Shown here in pieces: positions 1-8,992 of a stretch of 64,000 nucleotides of DNA. The DNA comes from Candidatus Levybacteria bacterium RIFCSPHIGHO2_01_FULL_38_26 (lineage in GTDB: Bacteria; Patescibacteriota; Microgenomatia; Levybacterales; UBA12049): positions 5,600 through 69,599 of the forward strand of contig MFNO01000016.1 in assembly GCA_001782075.1 (NCBI GenBank), read 5' to 3'. The position numbers were made by a program, and so were the translations under genes. Below the pieces are notes generated by a model that had not been told where the DNA came from, did not search any database, and worked only from the letters and a program-made list of their open reading frames with translations. Within the stretch, counting starts at the first letter, position 1, and the number at the start of each line of letters is the position of its first letter.

Positions 1-453
1 GATATTCTCAAGACAGGAATATATATTATACGTTGTTCCTGTTGAATCATAGGTATATTTGTGTTGCCCGGCATTGATTGGATCGCAGGGAATTCTTGAC
101 ATGTAAGTAACTCCTCCTGCGCTAAAATTATTTCCACAAGATGGGAAAGCAGCCAAAGCAAGGCATGTACCATGTGGATAACAGCCATGATCAGCTCTAA
201 ATAACTCCAGGGCTGATTGAATTTGAGAAAGGTCAGATTTTCTTGTACCGTCGCGACCGCGCTTCAACTGCGTAACAGGATCCAGAATGGTTATCAAGCT
301 GCCTATCAAAACCGCAAGAACACCCATCACAATAAGAAGCTCCACCAAGGTAATCCCAGAAGACTTTCCCCAACAAAGGCGGCTAATATTGCTCCAGCGA
401 CCAAAAAAGGCCCAAAAGGCATGGTGTCGCCGCGCAGTCTTTTTTTGCCCCAT
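1..453 (-). CDS. Type IV pilin/pseudopilin (runs off the window edge; start uncertain)
   Basis: Not in ORF track. Manual translation gives ...GKSSG|ITLVELLIVMGVLAVLIGSLITILDPVTQLKRGRDGTRKSDLSQIQSALELFRADHGCYP..., a class III signal peptide. Nearest in-frame start is ATG at 453, inside pilD. Confidence 0.8.
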   Translation of the reverse strand, partial: MGQKKTARRHHAFWAFFGRWSNISRLCWGKSSGITLVELLIVMGVLAVLIGSLITILDPVTQLKRGRDGTRKSDLSQIQSALELFRADHGCYPHGTCLALAAFPSCGNNFSAGGVTYMSRIPCDPINAGQHKYTYDSTGTTYNIYSCLENI

Positions 454-1112
454 AAAATTAGTATGCACCCCAAAACCGCGCCTGTCAAGAAAGCAAAATA
501 AAAGGCAAAAATCGTCTTGGATAGTCCCAAGAAAAGTCCAAGCAAAAATACAAGCTTTACGTCTCCAAATCCCATACCCCGACCGCGCGTAACCAAAAAC
601 AGCACGAGGAAAAATAGAAAAGCACCCGTTGCAGCTATTAAATGTTGTAGTAAGTAGCTTGTATTAAGTAATAAGTATAAGAGGGAAATAAAAATTCCGG
701 GATATACTATTTTATCCAGTATAATTCCATATTTTAGGTCTACAAAGAATACAACAATTAACGAGGAAACAATAAACAAATAGTAAAATAGTGTCACAAA
801 TTGACTTAATTGAAAATTTAGATTTGATTGAAAATTATTAAGAACAAAAAAAGTTGTAACAACAAACATTACTCCAGTAGTAAGCTCAACAACAGGATAG
901 TATAACGAAAGAGGGGAGCGGCAATATCTACATTTACCTTTCAGAAACAGAAAAGAAACAACAGGGATCATATCGTACCACAAAAGTTTCTTTTTGCACG
1001 ACTCGCAATATGACTTGCCTTTGAAAGGAGATTCATTTCGGGGAAACCTATCTATCAAAACATTCAAAAAACTCCCAACCGCAAGGCCTAAGAGGAAAAG
1101 AAAAAATATCAT
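327..1112 (-). CDS. pilD: Prepilin peptidase (A24)
   Basis: GSFLNVLIDR, two CxxC (CESC, CRYC), GMGFGDVKL and PFGPFL motifs; multiple TM segments. Confidence 0.95.
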   Translation of the reverse strand: MIFFLFLLGLAVGSFLNVLIDRFPRNESPFKGKSYCESCKKKLLWYDMIPVVSFLFLKGKCRYCRSPLSLYYPVVELTTGVMFVVTTFFVLNNFQSNLNFQLSQFVTLFYYLFIVSSLIVVFFVDLKYGIILDKIVYPGIFISLLYLLLNTSYLLQHLIAATGAFLFFLVLFLVTRGRGMGFGDVKLVFLLGLFLGLSKTIFAFYFAFLTGAVLGCILILWGKKRLRGDTMPFGPFLVAGAILAAFVGESLLGLPWWSFLL

Positions 1113-1239
1113 CTCTAAACCTATTGTAACACAAACTGTTTAATGCGTAGATGGATGAGTTTATTCGGCTTATGCATAATTTGAAAAGAACATTTTAATC
1201 ATCAAAAATACCAAATAAAAAAATGGAGGCAAAGCAAAA

Positions 1240-1764
1240 CTAGGGCAAAAATGTAGGAGTCAAAGAGGGGTCAGCGGCAGGTGTACAGACTATCCCGGCT
1301 CTTCCCTGGTTAGTTGCGAAAGCAAACCATGCTATGTTTGGGGCACACTTACTGTTTTCAGAATTAGATTCCAGCCTAGCATACACTACAGCCTGAGGAG
1401 TACCTGCTACCAACCCCGTATTGTAACAATACCCCTGAAAGACTGTAGGAGTAGTACAAGCGAAAGCACCACTATATGCTGGATTAGCTGGAAACGCTTG
1501 TATCTCTCCAGCAGACACCAACTGATTTGGAGCTGTAGTCCACTCCGCGCTAGTTAGGTACTGACTTCTTACCGTGTAATAAGCCTGGAGAGCTCTTCCT
1601 AATTGTCCAATAGAAGTTTTTCTTCCAGCGTCTCTTCCTCTAGCCAACTGCTGAACCGGATCAATTGCTACTAAAACCACTGCTGCCAAAATACCGAGTA
1701 CTGCGATGACGATAAGAAGTTCAATTAATGTGAAGCCTTTTGATGATTTAGATAAGTTCTTCAT
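1240..1764 (-). CDS. Type IV pilin (major pilin candidate)
   Basis: KG|FTLIELLIVIAVLGILAAVVLVAIDP N-methylation motif; C-terminal Cys pairs. Confidence 0.92.
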   Translation of the reverse strand: MKNLSKSSKGFTLIELLIVIAVLGILAAVVLVAIDPVQQLARGRDAGRKTSIGQLGRALQAYYTVRSQYLTSAEWTTAPNQLVSAGEIQAFPANPAYSGAFACTTPTVFQGYCYNTGLVAGTPQAVVYARLESNSENSKCAPNIAWFAFATNQGRAGIVCTPAADPSLTPTFLP

Positions 1765-1847
1765 TTATTTTTAAAACATATTTAGTGTAATCATAATCTT
1801 TAAATCTTGTCAAGAGGGCATTTTACTATAAGTTGATAAACGAGTGA

Positions 1848-2165
1848 TTAAAACAAGGGCACGTTGAAAAAATCTCCTACTATAGCAACAACAAAAAATG
1901 CCAAAAGCGCGACAACAAGCCCCACGATAGCGTATGTTATCTTTTCCCGAGCAGACTGAATTTTTTCTCTCTCTCCCCTTGCTATAATATAGCGAATCGA
2001 TCCCCAGAGGATATAGCCGATTGACAGAAGAATTATGATAGTCAGAAAGACGCTAACTCCAAGCTGAAGGATCTTTACTCCCTCAACAAATAAACTTCCC
2101 TCGGGTACGTTGGGTGGGGGAGTTATTCCTCCAAAACTGCCAGGCAAAGTCAAAGCAATATCCAT
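1848..2165 (-). CDS. CPR-type small pilin (TrbC/VirB2-like, two TM)
   Basis: Pattern TM-GSIRYIIARGEREKIQSAREKITYAIVGL-TM typical of CPR T4SS-like pilins; start moved to ATG 2165 (MDIAL). Confidence 0.75.
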   Translation of the reverse strand: MDIALTLPGSFGGITPPPNVPEGSLFVEGVKILQLGVSVFLTIIILLSIGYILWGSIRYIIARGEREKIQSAREKITYAIVGLVVALLAFFVVAIVGDFFNVPLF

Positions 2166-2200
2166 ACTACATTTACTGTACGTTAACAAAAACGGTTTTG

Positions 2201-3538
2201 TCAAGAAAGAGGACTCGCGACTTTGACGGAAAATGTGAATGCAGAACCCTTGTCTTCTCCCTCAGACTCTACCCATATTCTACCACCATGCAATTCTACT
2301 ATAAGCTTACATAAATACAGTCCAAGTCCTGTCCCTTGAATATTTTTCTCTTTTTGTTTGGTAATCCCGACCATGCTAAATTTTTGAAAAAGTTTTGACA
2401 TGTCTTCTTTTTTTATCCCTATTCCATTATCTGAAACACATGTTTCTATAAAATTGTCTTTTTGGTTGAGTGAAACTGTAACTTTTCCTCCCCTTGGCGT
2501 AAACTTCAAACTATTTCCTATCAAATTCATCAACACTTCTTTTATTTTGCTGGAGTCTCCCCAAATCTCCGAAAGAGCAGGGGAGAAAGTCTCCATAATC
2601 TCAATTTGAAACTCTTTTGCCCGAGGGGTCATTTCCGTCACTACTTCCTTTACCAGATCATTGAGCCTAAGTCTTTTAAGGTCAAGAGTAATTTTCCCAG
2701 ACTCGATACGGGAAATGTTCAACATGTCGTTAACAAGCGCTATCAAACTATTGGTTGATCTATACGCAATATTTAGATAATCTTTTTGCTTTTCGGTTAC
2801 ATTTCCTCCGCGTCCCTGTAAAACCATCCAGATATAAGATTTAATAGCCACCATTGGAGTTCTTAGCTCATGGGACGCAAGCGACAAAAACTCATCTTTT
2901 AGCTTATCCAGTGTTTTTAATTTGTCATTTGCCTGCGACAATTCTTTGGACAATCTGGCAAGCTCTACATTTTTTTTATATACTTCCTCATTGACGTTCC
3001 TAAGGTCCTCTGTCGCGTCGCTGACTTTTTGTTCAAGCGTCGCATTGAATCTCTGAATTTCTTCAAAACTCCTGGCGTTTTGTATCGCGACAGCTGTCTC
3101 TGGCGCTAGAATCTTGAGAGCCTGAATTTCGTATGGGGTATACAAACCGCCCAGCAACTTCCTTCCCAGAAGCAACAGCCCAATATTTTCCTCTTGGGTA
3201 CGTAAACATACTACAACGGCAACATCAAGCTTTTTTAGTATATCTTTGAGCTTACCTTCTGGCAGTTCGTTAAAAACTAAAATTTTTACTTGGTCAGAAA
3301 GAATTGCTATTTCCTTCTCGTCAAATTCAGGGACTGAAGCATAACCCTCGTGCAATACTTGGTAAATTTTACTGTCTTTCGTCAGAAGAACAATTGCTCC
3401 ATGACTTATTCGCATTGCTGAAAGAAGTTCAGAGAGCAAGCGGTGCCCCAAATCTTCCAGTCGAAGAGTCGATGCCATAATTGTAGCTAAGTTATAAAGT
3501 ATGCCATGGATCGTCGAGGCGGACTGTTTAATATCCAT
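2201..3538 (-). CDS. Soluble GAF-HisKA-HATPase sensor histidine kinase
   Basis: H box SLASHELRTP, N box NLIGNSLKF, G1 DNGIGI, G2 GTGLGL; GAF-like N-terminus ending AVAIQNAR; no TM segment. Confidence 0.93.
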   Translation of the reverse strand: MDIKQSASTIHGILYNLATIMASTLRLEDLGHRLLSELLSAMRISHGAIVLLTKDSKIYQVLHEGYASVPEFDEKEIAILSDQVKILVFNELPEGKLKDILKKLDVAVVVCLRTQEENIGLLLLGRKLLGGLYTPYEIQALKILAPETAVAIQNARSFEEIQRFNATLEQKVSDATEDLRNVNEEVYKKNVELARLSKELSQANDKLKTLDKLKDEFLSLASHELRTPMVAIKSYIWMVLQGRGGNVTEKQKDYLNIAYRSTNSLIALVNDMLNISRIESGKITLDLKRLRLNDLVKEVVTEMTPRAKEFQIEIMETFSPALSEIWGDSSKIKEVLMNLIGNSLKFTPRGGKVTVSLNQKDNFIETCVSDNGIGIKKEDMSKLFQKFSMVGITKQKEKNIQGTGLGLYLCKLIVELHGGRIWVESEGEDKGSAFTFSVKVASPLS

Positions 3539-3580
3539 ATCAAAAGAATAATCCAGATTGTGTTTATTGTCAAACCCAAA

Positions 3581-3859
3581 CTACAATAATAACTGCGGCC
3601 TTTGGTCTTGGGGAATTTTAGAAAGAACATCTTTTACCGCGTCTTTGCATACCTCAACCGACGCCTGACCAAAAAGCTCTCTGTATTGCCCAACCAACCT
3701 CTCAACAATTGTCTTCTGATCTCCATCAAATCTCACATCATGCTTTTCCCAATCAACATTTAATCCCTGAACCTTTCTTGCCTGCTCGAGCGCCACAGGA
3801 CCAATAATCCCTTCTTGCTCCCTAATAATTTTTTCAACTATTTGGGCAAAAATATCCAT
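3581..3859 (-). CDS. Small soluble hypothetical protein (92 aa) between membrane protein and kinase
   Basis: Clean ORF 3 bp downstream of 3863-4672; IIREQEGIIGPVALEQA...LVGQYRELFG. Confidence 0.8.
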   Translation of the reverse strand: MDIFAQIVEKIIREQEGIIGPVALEQARKVQGLNVDWEKHDVRFDGDQKTIVERLVGQYRELFGQASVEVCKDAVKDVLSKIPQDQRPQLLL

Positions 3860-3862
3860 AGG

Positions 3863-4672
3863 TTATTTCCCTCGTAACTTAGATAAAACAGTTCGCATCT
3901 GTAATATACTAAGCGTCATTAAAAAGTACGCAACAACATACATGTAGTCCAAAATGCTGGCAGGATAATACTGTTCATAAAAAAAAATAAATGAATAATC
4001 TGCCAGAAACTGGCTGGCAAAGGCTATAATCAAAAGCATGATTCTATTTTTCATTATTCCCCCTAGTATATTCCTAGTAAGACTATAGGTAAGTATACCT
4101 ATTGAGATATATATTGCTTGTCCCATTGGATATCCAAAATCAAAAAATGTTTTAAGTGGATTTTCAAAATCCAAAGGATAGTTACGTAAGAACAAGAAAT
4201 AAGCAACGCTCAACATTATAAGAGGGACAATAATCGCCTGAAGCTTGTTCGCTAAGGATCTCAATGAAACCTTTACTCCTGAGGCTTTCGCAATAAGGTA
4301 AGAACCGTATATATAAAAGGGAATTGTACCAAAGAATCCAATATCTCCAAGGGAAGGGTAAGGAATTTCAATGCCAAGTACAAAAATATAAAAACTATAA
4401 GCAAGTTGACCAAACTCCTGCGCAAAAAGCCCTAGAGAAAACATGATAAGACCTCTGCCCATTACGCTTTTGAATCCGCCCCATGCCCTTGAAATGATAA
4501 ATCCCCAAATTCCGCCCCAGACTGCAATCAATCCATAGGTATGCCCAAAAAGTCCATAAAGGCCATGGTCCCTAGGTAAAAAAATGTGAATCAATATCCA
4601 CCAAAGACTAAAAAAGAAAAATAGGAAAACCGCAACCTGCGTTGGTCGATCTTTCCTAATTTCCTCCAACAT
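3863..4672 (-). CDS. Polytopic (about 7-8 TM) membrane protein, candidate stand-alone sensor domain
   Basis: Hydrophobic segments with PYPSLGDIGF, FGYPMGQ and ILDYMYVVAY motifs of the kind seen in membrane sensor domains; start moved to ATG 4672 after a TTGACA-17-TACGCT promoter. Confidence 0.7.
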   Translation of the reverse strand: MLEEIRKDRPTQVAVFLFFFFSLWWILIHIFLPRDHGLYGLFGHTYGLIAVWGGIWGFIISRAWGGFKSVMGRGLIMFSLGLFAQEFGQLAYSFYIFVLGIEIPYPSLGDIGFFGTIPFYIYGSYLIAKASGVKVSLRSLANKLQAIIVPLIMLSVAYFLFLRNYPLDFENPLKTFFDFGYPMGQAIYISIGILTYSLTRNILGGIMKNRIMLLIIAFASQFLADYSFIFFYEQYYPASILDYMYVVAYFLMTLSILQMRTVLSKLRGK

Positions 4673-4678
4673 ACAATC

Positions 4679-4729
4679 AGCGTATAGAATATTCATAGAA
4701 TTGTCAAGTTGACTCAAAAATCGTATAAT
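4679..4729. promoter_or_regulatory. Back-to-back sigma70 promoters overlapping at TTGTCAA
   Basis: Plus strand: TTGTCA(4701-4706)-17-TATAAT(4724-4729), GTG at 4738. Minus strand: TTGACA(4707-4702)-17-TACGCT(4684-4679), ATG at 4672. Confidence 0.65.
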
Positions 4730-4737
4730 ATAAGTCT

Positions 4738-5649
4738 GTGATTCCTCAATATCCAGATTTTAAAAAACTAACATTAGAGGATAAAAAAGAAATAGAAAAA
4801 CGTGTGCGTCAATACTCACCCTATTCTGACTTTAATTTCTTAAGCTTATGGAGTTATAACATAGACGATGACATTGTCATTTCAGATCTTTACGGCAACC
4901 TAGTAGTTCGTTTCCGTGATTACATTACCAATGAACCATTCTATTCTTTTATCGGCATCAATAATTTAACCAAAACCATAGATTCTCTTTTGAGGAAAAG
5001 CCAAGAGGAAGGACTAAAACCGATGTTAAAACTCATCCCAGATATTGTAAATAAATCAAGCCCCAAAGATACGAATAGATTTATTTTTGAAGAAGACAGA
5101 GACAATTTCGACTATATATTTTCTGTTTCTGAAATTGCGCAGTTAAACGGAAACAAATACCATACGCAAAAAAACTTTGTGAATAGGTTCCAAAATCTTC
5201 ACCAAAATTTTACCATTAGCCTATTGGATTTACTAAATGGTGACGTACAAACCCAAGTCCTCAATGTTTTTCACACGTGGAAAAGAGCAAAAAATTACGA
5301 CGATGACCATACTCAGCGCGAGCTCACTGCTCTAAATAGAACACTAACAAGCTCTTCTGATTTTAATCTAATAACTTTGGGCATCTACAATATAGAAAAG
5401 TCGCTGATAGGCTTTATAATCGCTGATTTATCAGAAGGAGGTTATGCTCAGTCTCACTTCGTTAAGGCTGACATCTCATATCCCGGGGTTTATTACACCC
5501 TTTATTTTTATCTTGCCAAACATCTGCAAGCAATGGGTTATGAGTTTTTGAATAATGGACAAGATCTTGGAATCATGGGGTTAAGAAAGTCAAAAGAACA
5601 ATGGAATCCAGTTGTATTTTTAAAAAAATATAAAATTACTTATTTATAA
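4738..5649 (+). CDS. DUF2156 / MprF C-terminal-like GNAT-fold protein (putative aminoacyl-tRNA-dependent transferase)
   Basis: SDFNFLSLWSY, DRDNFDYIF, L-x-GNKY, HFVKAD, YEFLNNGQDLGIMGLRKSKEQWNP. Confidence 0.8.
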   Translation: MIPQYPDFKKLTLEDKKEIEKRVRQYSPYSDFNFLSLWSYNIDDDIVISDLYGNLVVRFRDYITNEPFYSFIGINNLTKTIDSLLRKSQEEGLKPMLKLIPDIVNKSSPKDTNRFIFEEDRDNFDYIFSVSEIAQLNGNKYHTQKNFVNRFQNLHQNFTISLLDLLNGDVQTQVLNVFHTWKRAKNYDDDHTQRELTALNRTLTSSSDFNLITLGIYNIEKSLIGFIIADLSEGGYAQSHFVKADISYPGVYYTLYFYLAKHLQAMGYEFLNNGQDLGIMGLRKSKEQWNPVVFLKKYKITYL

Positions 5650-6523
5650 AATACAAACCCAGAAGGATAACAATCATAGCCAATAGTTTTTTTTGTTTGC
5701 TTCCGTAAGCTGCCTCTCTTAAGTATTTTGGAAAAAGCGGATAAAATACTAAAGCAAATAGAAGTACATATATCGGCTGTATCCCCTCAATAACTTTGAC
5801 AAGCGATACCGGACCTTTACTTATCGCAAGATTATTTGTAAATTCCGCAGCTATGCCTATGAGTTCAGCAGATATAAATACTAATATCCATTTCTTAAAA
5901 CTCTTGTTGAATTCACCTAAAAACCTCCTTCCCTCCCGAAAAAAAACAGAAAGAAAAACAGCTCCTAATCCCATTCCCATAGAGAAATACATATACCCGC
6001 TCCAAAAATCTAAAGCGTTATAAACATATTTTCCGCAAATCGCAACCAATGTATATAACAAGGCTGCAAATATCATGAAATAAAGAGCCTTGGAAAACTT
6101 AAATCTTTTGATATTTATTGCTGAAATAGTAAAAGACGCAAGAAGAATTAGCACAAAACCGATGTACTGGCTCGAGGTTAAAGACTCATCTAAAATAAAA
6201 TAAGCAAGGAATGGCACAAAGGCAGGAGAAAGACTAAATAGGGCAATCACTACTGATGGAGATTCCACATCCAACGCATGAAAATAGAACAAGTAGCTTA
6301 TTACGGTCAAAAATCCTGCAAGCAGTCCCAAAAAAATAATTGTAGGCGAGGAGATTGTAAGAGGAAAAAAAAATAAACCCAGTAGGGGCAGAAGAGCGAA
6401 AAATCCGGAGATAATAGCACCAAAAAACGGCGAACGGTATACGTTTCTTAGTAAATTGTCATCTATAATATTAACAATGGCAAAAAGAGCAGGACTTAGA
6501 AGGGCTATGTAAAACCACTCCAT
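5636..6523 (-). CDS. EamA/DMT family transporter
   Basis: About 10 TM in two repeats; GPVSLV and SLSPAFV motifs. Confidence 0.85.
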   Translation of the reverse strand: MEWFYIALLSPALFAIVNIIDDNLLRNVYRSPFFGAIISGFFALLPLLGLFFFPLTISSPTIIFLGLLAGFLTVISYLFYFHALDVESPSVVIALFSLSPAFVPFLAYFILDESLTSSQYIGFVLILLASFTISAINIKRFKFSKALYFMIFAALLYTLVAICGKYVYNALDFWSGYMYFSMGMGLGAVFLSVFFREGRRFLGEFNKSFKKWILVFISAELIGIAAEFTNNLAISKGPVSLVKVIEGIQPIYVLLFALVFYPLFPKYLREAAYGSKQKKLLAMIVILLGLYFINK

Positions 6524-6524
6524 G

Positions 6525-6929
6525 TTATTTATCTATATTTTCCGCTGGATATTTTTTTCCTCGTGTCTCAATATAAAATTCAACATCTTGAGTTTTAAAT
6601 ATTTCTTTAAAATAATCTGTAACTTTTTTAGTATTGAATTTTTTACAAGAGTAAACGTCTGCCGTGACAAATCTTCTCTTGATAAACGTATGCAAACTTA
6701 TGTGTGATTCTTGAATAATAACAAATCCAGACCATCCTCCTGGATCTTTTTTTCCATTGGATTTAGCAAAAACAACATGTGGCTCTATCAATTTTCTCAT
6801 GCCTATTTTTTTTGGAAGTGTATCTAAAATATTATGGACTAGTCCTTTATTATTCAGCGTGTCAGGATTACAGTTGTACATATCAATCATTAGGTGGAGC
6901 CCAAAAGGGGTAATTTTTGTTTTATTCAT
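6525..6929 (-). CDS. speD: Pyruvoyl-dependent S-adenosylmethionine decarboxylase family proenzyme
   Basis: FGLHLMIDMYNC, GWSGFVIIQE|SHISLHTF autocleavage motif, DVYSCK. Confidence 0.9.
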   Translation of the reverse strand: MNKTKITPFGLHLMIDMYNCNPDTLNNKGLVHNILDTLPKKIGMRKLIEPHVVFAKSNGKKDPGGWSGFVIIQESHISLHTFIKRRFVTADVYSCKKFNTKKVTDYFKEIFKTQDVEFYIETRGKKYPAENIDK

Positions 6930-7027
6930 ATATTAAATTTATAACATACTAATTTTTATAGAACAACAAGACATGTATTATAGCCTATATTTGACAAATA
7001 AACCAATTATGTGTTAAGTTTTTTGTT

Positions 7028-7402
7028 ATGGCGCAGAAGATTTTGCTCATTGAAGACGATACCTATATAAGAAAACTATATGCGGAAGTTCTAGAACAAG
7101 CAGGATACGAGGTTGAGGTCGCAGAAGATGGAATTTCTGGTTTGGACAAGATCAACAGGGAAAAATTCGATGCAATCCTTTTAGATGTAGTGATGCCTAG
7201 GCTAGATGGGCTGGGAGTTCTTGAGTCGCTTGAAAAAAATCCGCCACCTCAAAAAAACGGCCCGATAATACTTCTGAGCAATCTTGCCAAAGACCCTATC
7301 ACCCAAGGGGGTCTGGATAAAGGGGCTGTCGGCTACATCGTAAAATCCGACATCAACCCTGATGAGTTGATTGAAAAAATACAGAAGTTTTTGACTAATT
7401 AA
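7028..7402 (+). CDS. Single-domain (CheY-like) response regulator
   Basis: ILLIEDD, ILLDVVMP (phospho-Asp), LSN, YIVKS; no output domain. Confidence 0.93.
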   Translation: MAQKILLIEDDTYIRKLYAEVLEQAGYEVEVAEDGISGLDKINREKFDAILLDVVMPRLDGLGVLESLEKNPPPQKNGPIILLSNLAKDPITQGGLDKGAVGYIVKSDINPDELIEKIQKFLTN

Positions 7403-7526
7403 AATGCTTGAATCAGGTTGTAAATTGGAGTAAGCACAGATATTATCAAAAGCGCAACCCCAACTCCCAACAAAACCATAATAAAAGGCTCCATTGCTGT
7501 AGTGAGAGTTTTGATTGCCTGATCAA
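7350..7526. repeat. 177-bp exact direct repeat, copy 1
   Basis: ACATCAACCCTGATGAG...GATTGCCTGATCAA is identical to 9809-9985; contains the 3' ends of the response regulator and of pilC. Confidence 0.97.
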
Positions 7527-7749
7527 GCGTTAGAATAGATTTTCTATCAATAAAAATTTCTAGGAGTTTTAGAAGGATAATCCGATTCTGCGGAATTCTT
7601 GTTCCTCTCTGCCAGTGAGAGAAAATGCTGTCTTCATAAATAAAACCTTTTTCCGCAAGCGCACTGCCTAATTCAGACAAGGTAGAAAGTTCAGCTTTCA
7701 ACCTGTATTTTTTAAAAAGCGTCGAGAACTTGCTGGTCTCTGACTGCAT
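7399..7749 (-). pseudogene. Chimeric ORF: XRE-like HTH N-terminus fused to a duplicated PilC C-terminus
   Basis: FSTLFKKYRL...SHWQRGTRIP (XRE-like), then DQAIKTLTTAMEPF...NLIQAF identical to the PilC end; junction at repeat edge 7526. Confidence 0.75.
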
Positions 7750-7838
7750 ATCGCAAGCTAATTCTACCACAACCTTTGTCAACTTGCCTGAAGAGACTGT
7801 TATATAGCATAGCTTTATTTTTTTACTTATTTTTATCT

Positions 7839-8288
7839 CTACTGTTTTATCTGGGCTGTCTGAATCATATTCCCCATTGATGAAGTGCCTGAAGTGGAAA
7901 CTGTGCCTTGTGTTGATAAATGTTGCGTTGCAGTTTTTGGAGTTGGTGTTGGCGTAGGAGTTGGAAAATCGTCTATCCAGATATCTTTTCCTGCCGAATC
8001 AGTTCCTATCCAGACTTGTGCTTGATTTAAATCTGACCGCCAATACCAACCACCGTATTGTTTTGCTTTTTGCGTTGTTTGAGTCTGGTGTGATACTGAT
8101 TTAGCTTCTGGTGTTGGAGAAGGAGTTAGAGTAGGCGTGGGAGTAGAAGCTAGAGGTAGCGAGATGGTTGTAGATACACCTTTTACAGATGACCTTGGCC
8201 ATTCATTCAAAATAATGACACCACTACCAATCAGGCAAATAACAAAACCTAATCCCAGAATCGTTTTGTTCATGTTCATATTGATCAT
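7839..8288 (-). CDS. Membrane-anchored/secreted protein with Thr-Pro linkers
   Basis: N-terminal hydrophobic helix; TPTPTLTPSPTP and PTPTPTPTP tracts flank a small aromatic domain. Confidence 0.7.
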   Translation of the reverse strand: MINMNMNKTILGLGFVICLIGSGVIILNEWPRSSVKGVSTTISLPLASTPTPTLTPSPTPEAKSVSHQTQTTQKAKQYGGWYWRSDLNQAQVWIGTDSAGKDIWIDDFPTPTPTPTPKTATQHLSTQGTVSTSGTSSMGNMIQTAQIKQ

Positions 8289-8554
8289 TTTGTATATTTA
8301 CTATTCCACCATTGCAGAATTTTTTTAACGTTTTGATTAAGTTCATGTGGTCTTGAATCAATACCAAAATGGTCTTTTAGTTCTTTTGAAAGAAAAGAAG
8401 TGAGTTTATCTGAATCTGCTCTTTTACGCATTAATGAGAAAATCGGCGCAATTAAACAATCATATTCGTCTTTCGGTCCACCTTTGAAAGGTAAAACTCC
8501 GATAAAATCCCATGTATTTAATAAACGAATTAGCTCTTGTTTTTGAGATTTCAT
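8285..8554 (-). CDS. Small helical protein (DUF1871-like), possible immunity protein
   Basis: WDFIGV...DEYD motif; lies downstream of the RHS gene. Confidence 0.6.
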   Translation of the reverse strand: MKSQKQELIRLLNTWDFIGVLPFKGGPKDEYDCLIAPIFSLMRKRADSDKLTSFLSKELKDHFGIDSRPHELNQNVKKILQWWNSKYTK

Positions 8555-8623
8555 ATATAGAATAAGTACGTTTTTGCATTAATACTCATAGGCCTAATAT
8601 TTTAGCACTAAATAGTCAATAAT

Positions 8624-8977
8624 TTATATAAGGAAAAATGCATGAAATAGAAAATTGATAAAAATAATAGCTAGAAAAACCCAAAATGAGCTACGGGTTT
8701 TTCTAGCTAATTCATTCAATTCTTGATCTTTATGACTTTCAAAAATTATCTTCCATTGAAGAAGAGGGACAATCGGTAACTTCTGTAAATAATCAAGAGG
8801 ATCTTTAGAAAAATAGTTAGTTGCCTCTCCGAATAATAGAGGATAATCAGGATTTATTTTTTTTCGATATAACCTAACATATTTCTTATAAGACCTTAGA
8901 AAGATAATGCAACCTAAGAAAAAGGGTGTAAAAAACGTAATTATTATAAATGGGAAGCCTACATGAAGCGAATCCAT
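8624..8977 (-). CDS. Two-TM protein, candidate RHS immunity protein
   Basis: Starts 15 bp after the RHS stop codon; hydrophobic ends; AT-rich. Confidence 0.6.
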   Translation of the reverse strand: MDSLHVGFPFIIITFFTPFFLGCIIFLRSYKKYVRLYRKKINPDYPLLFGEATNYFSKDPLDYLQKLPIVPLLQWKIIFESHKDQELNELARKTRSSFWVFLAIIFINFLFHAFFLI

Positions 8978-8992
8978 ACAACTAGTTATTTA

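Noticed and set aside
7399-7782. Second functional pilC
   Set aside because: Only the last ~41 codons match and they come from the 177-bp duplication
7950-8150. Thr-Pro codon repeats as a DNA repeat element
   Set aside because: Ordinary low-complexity protein linkers with varied codons
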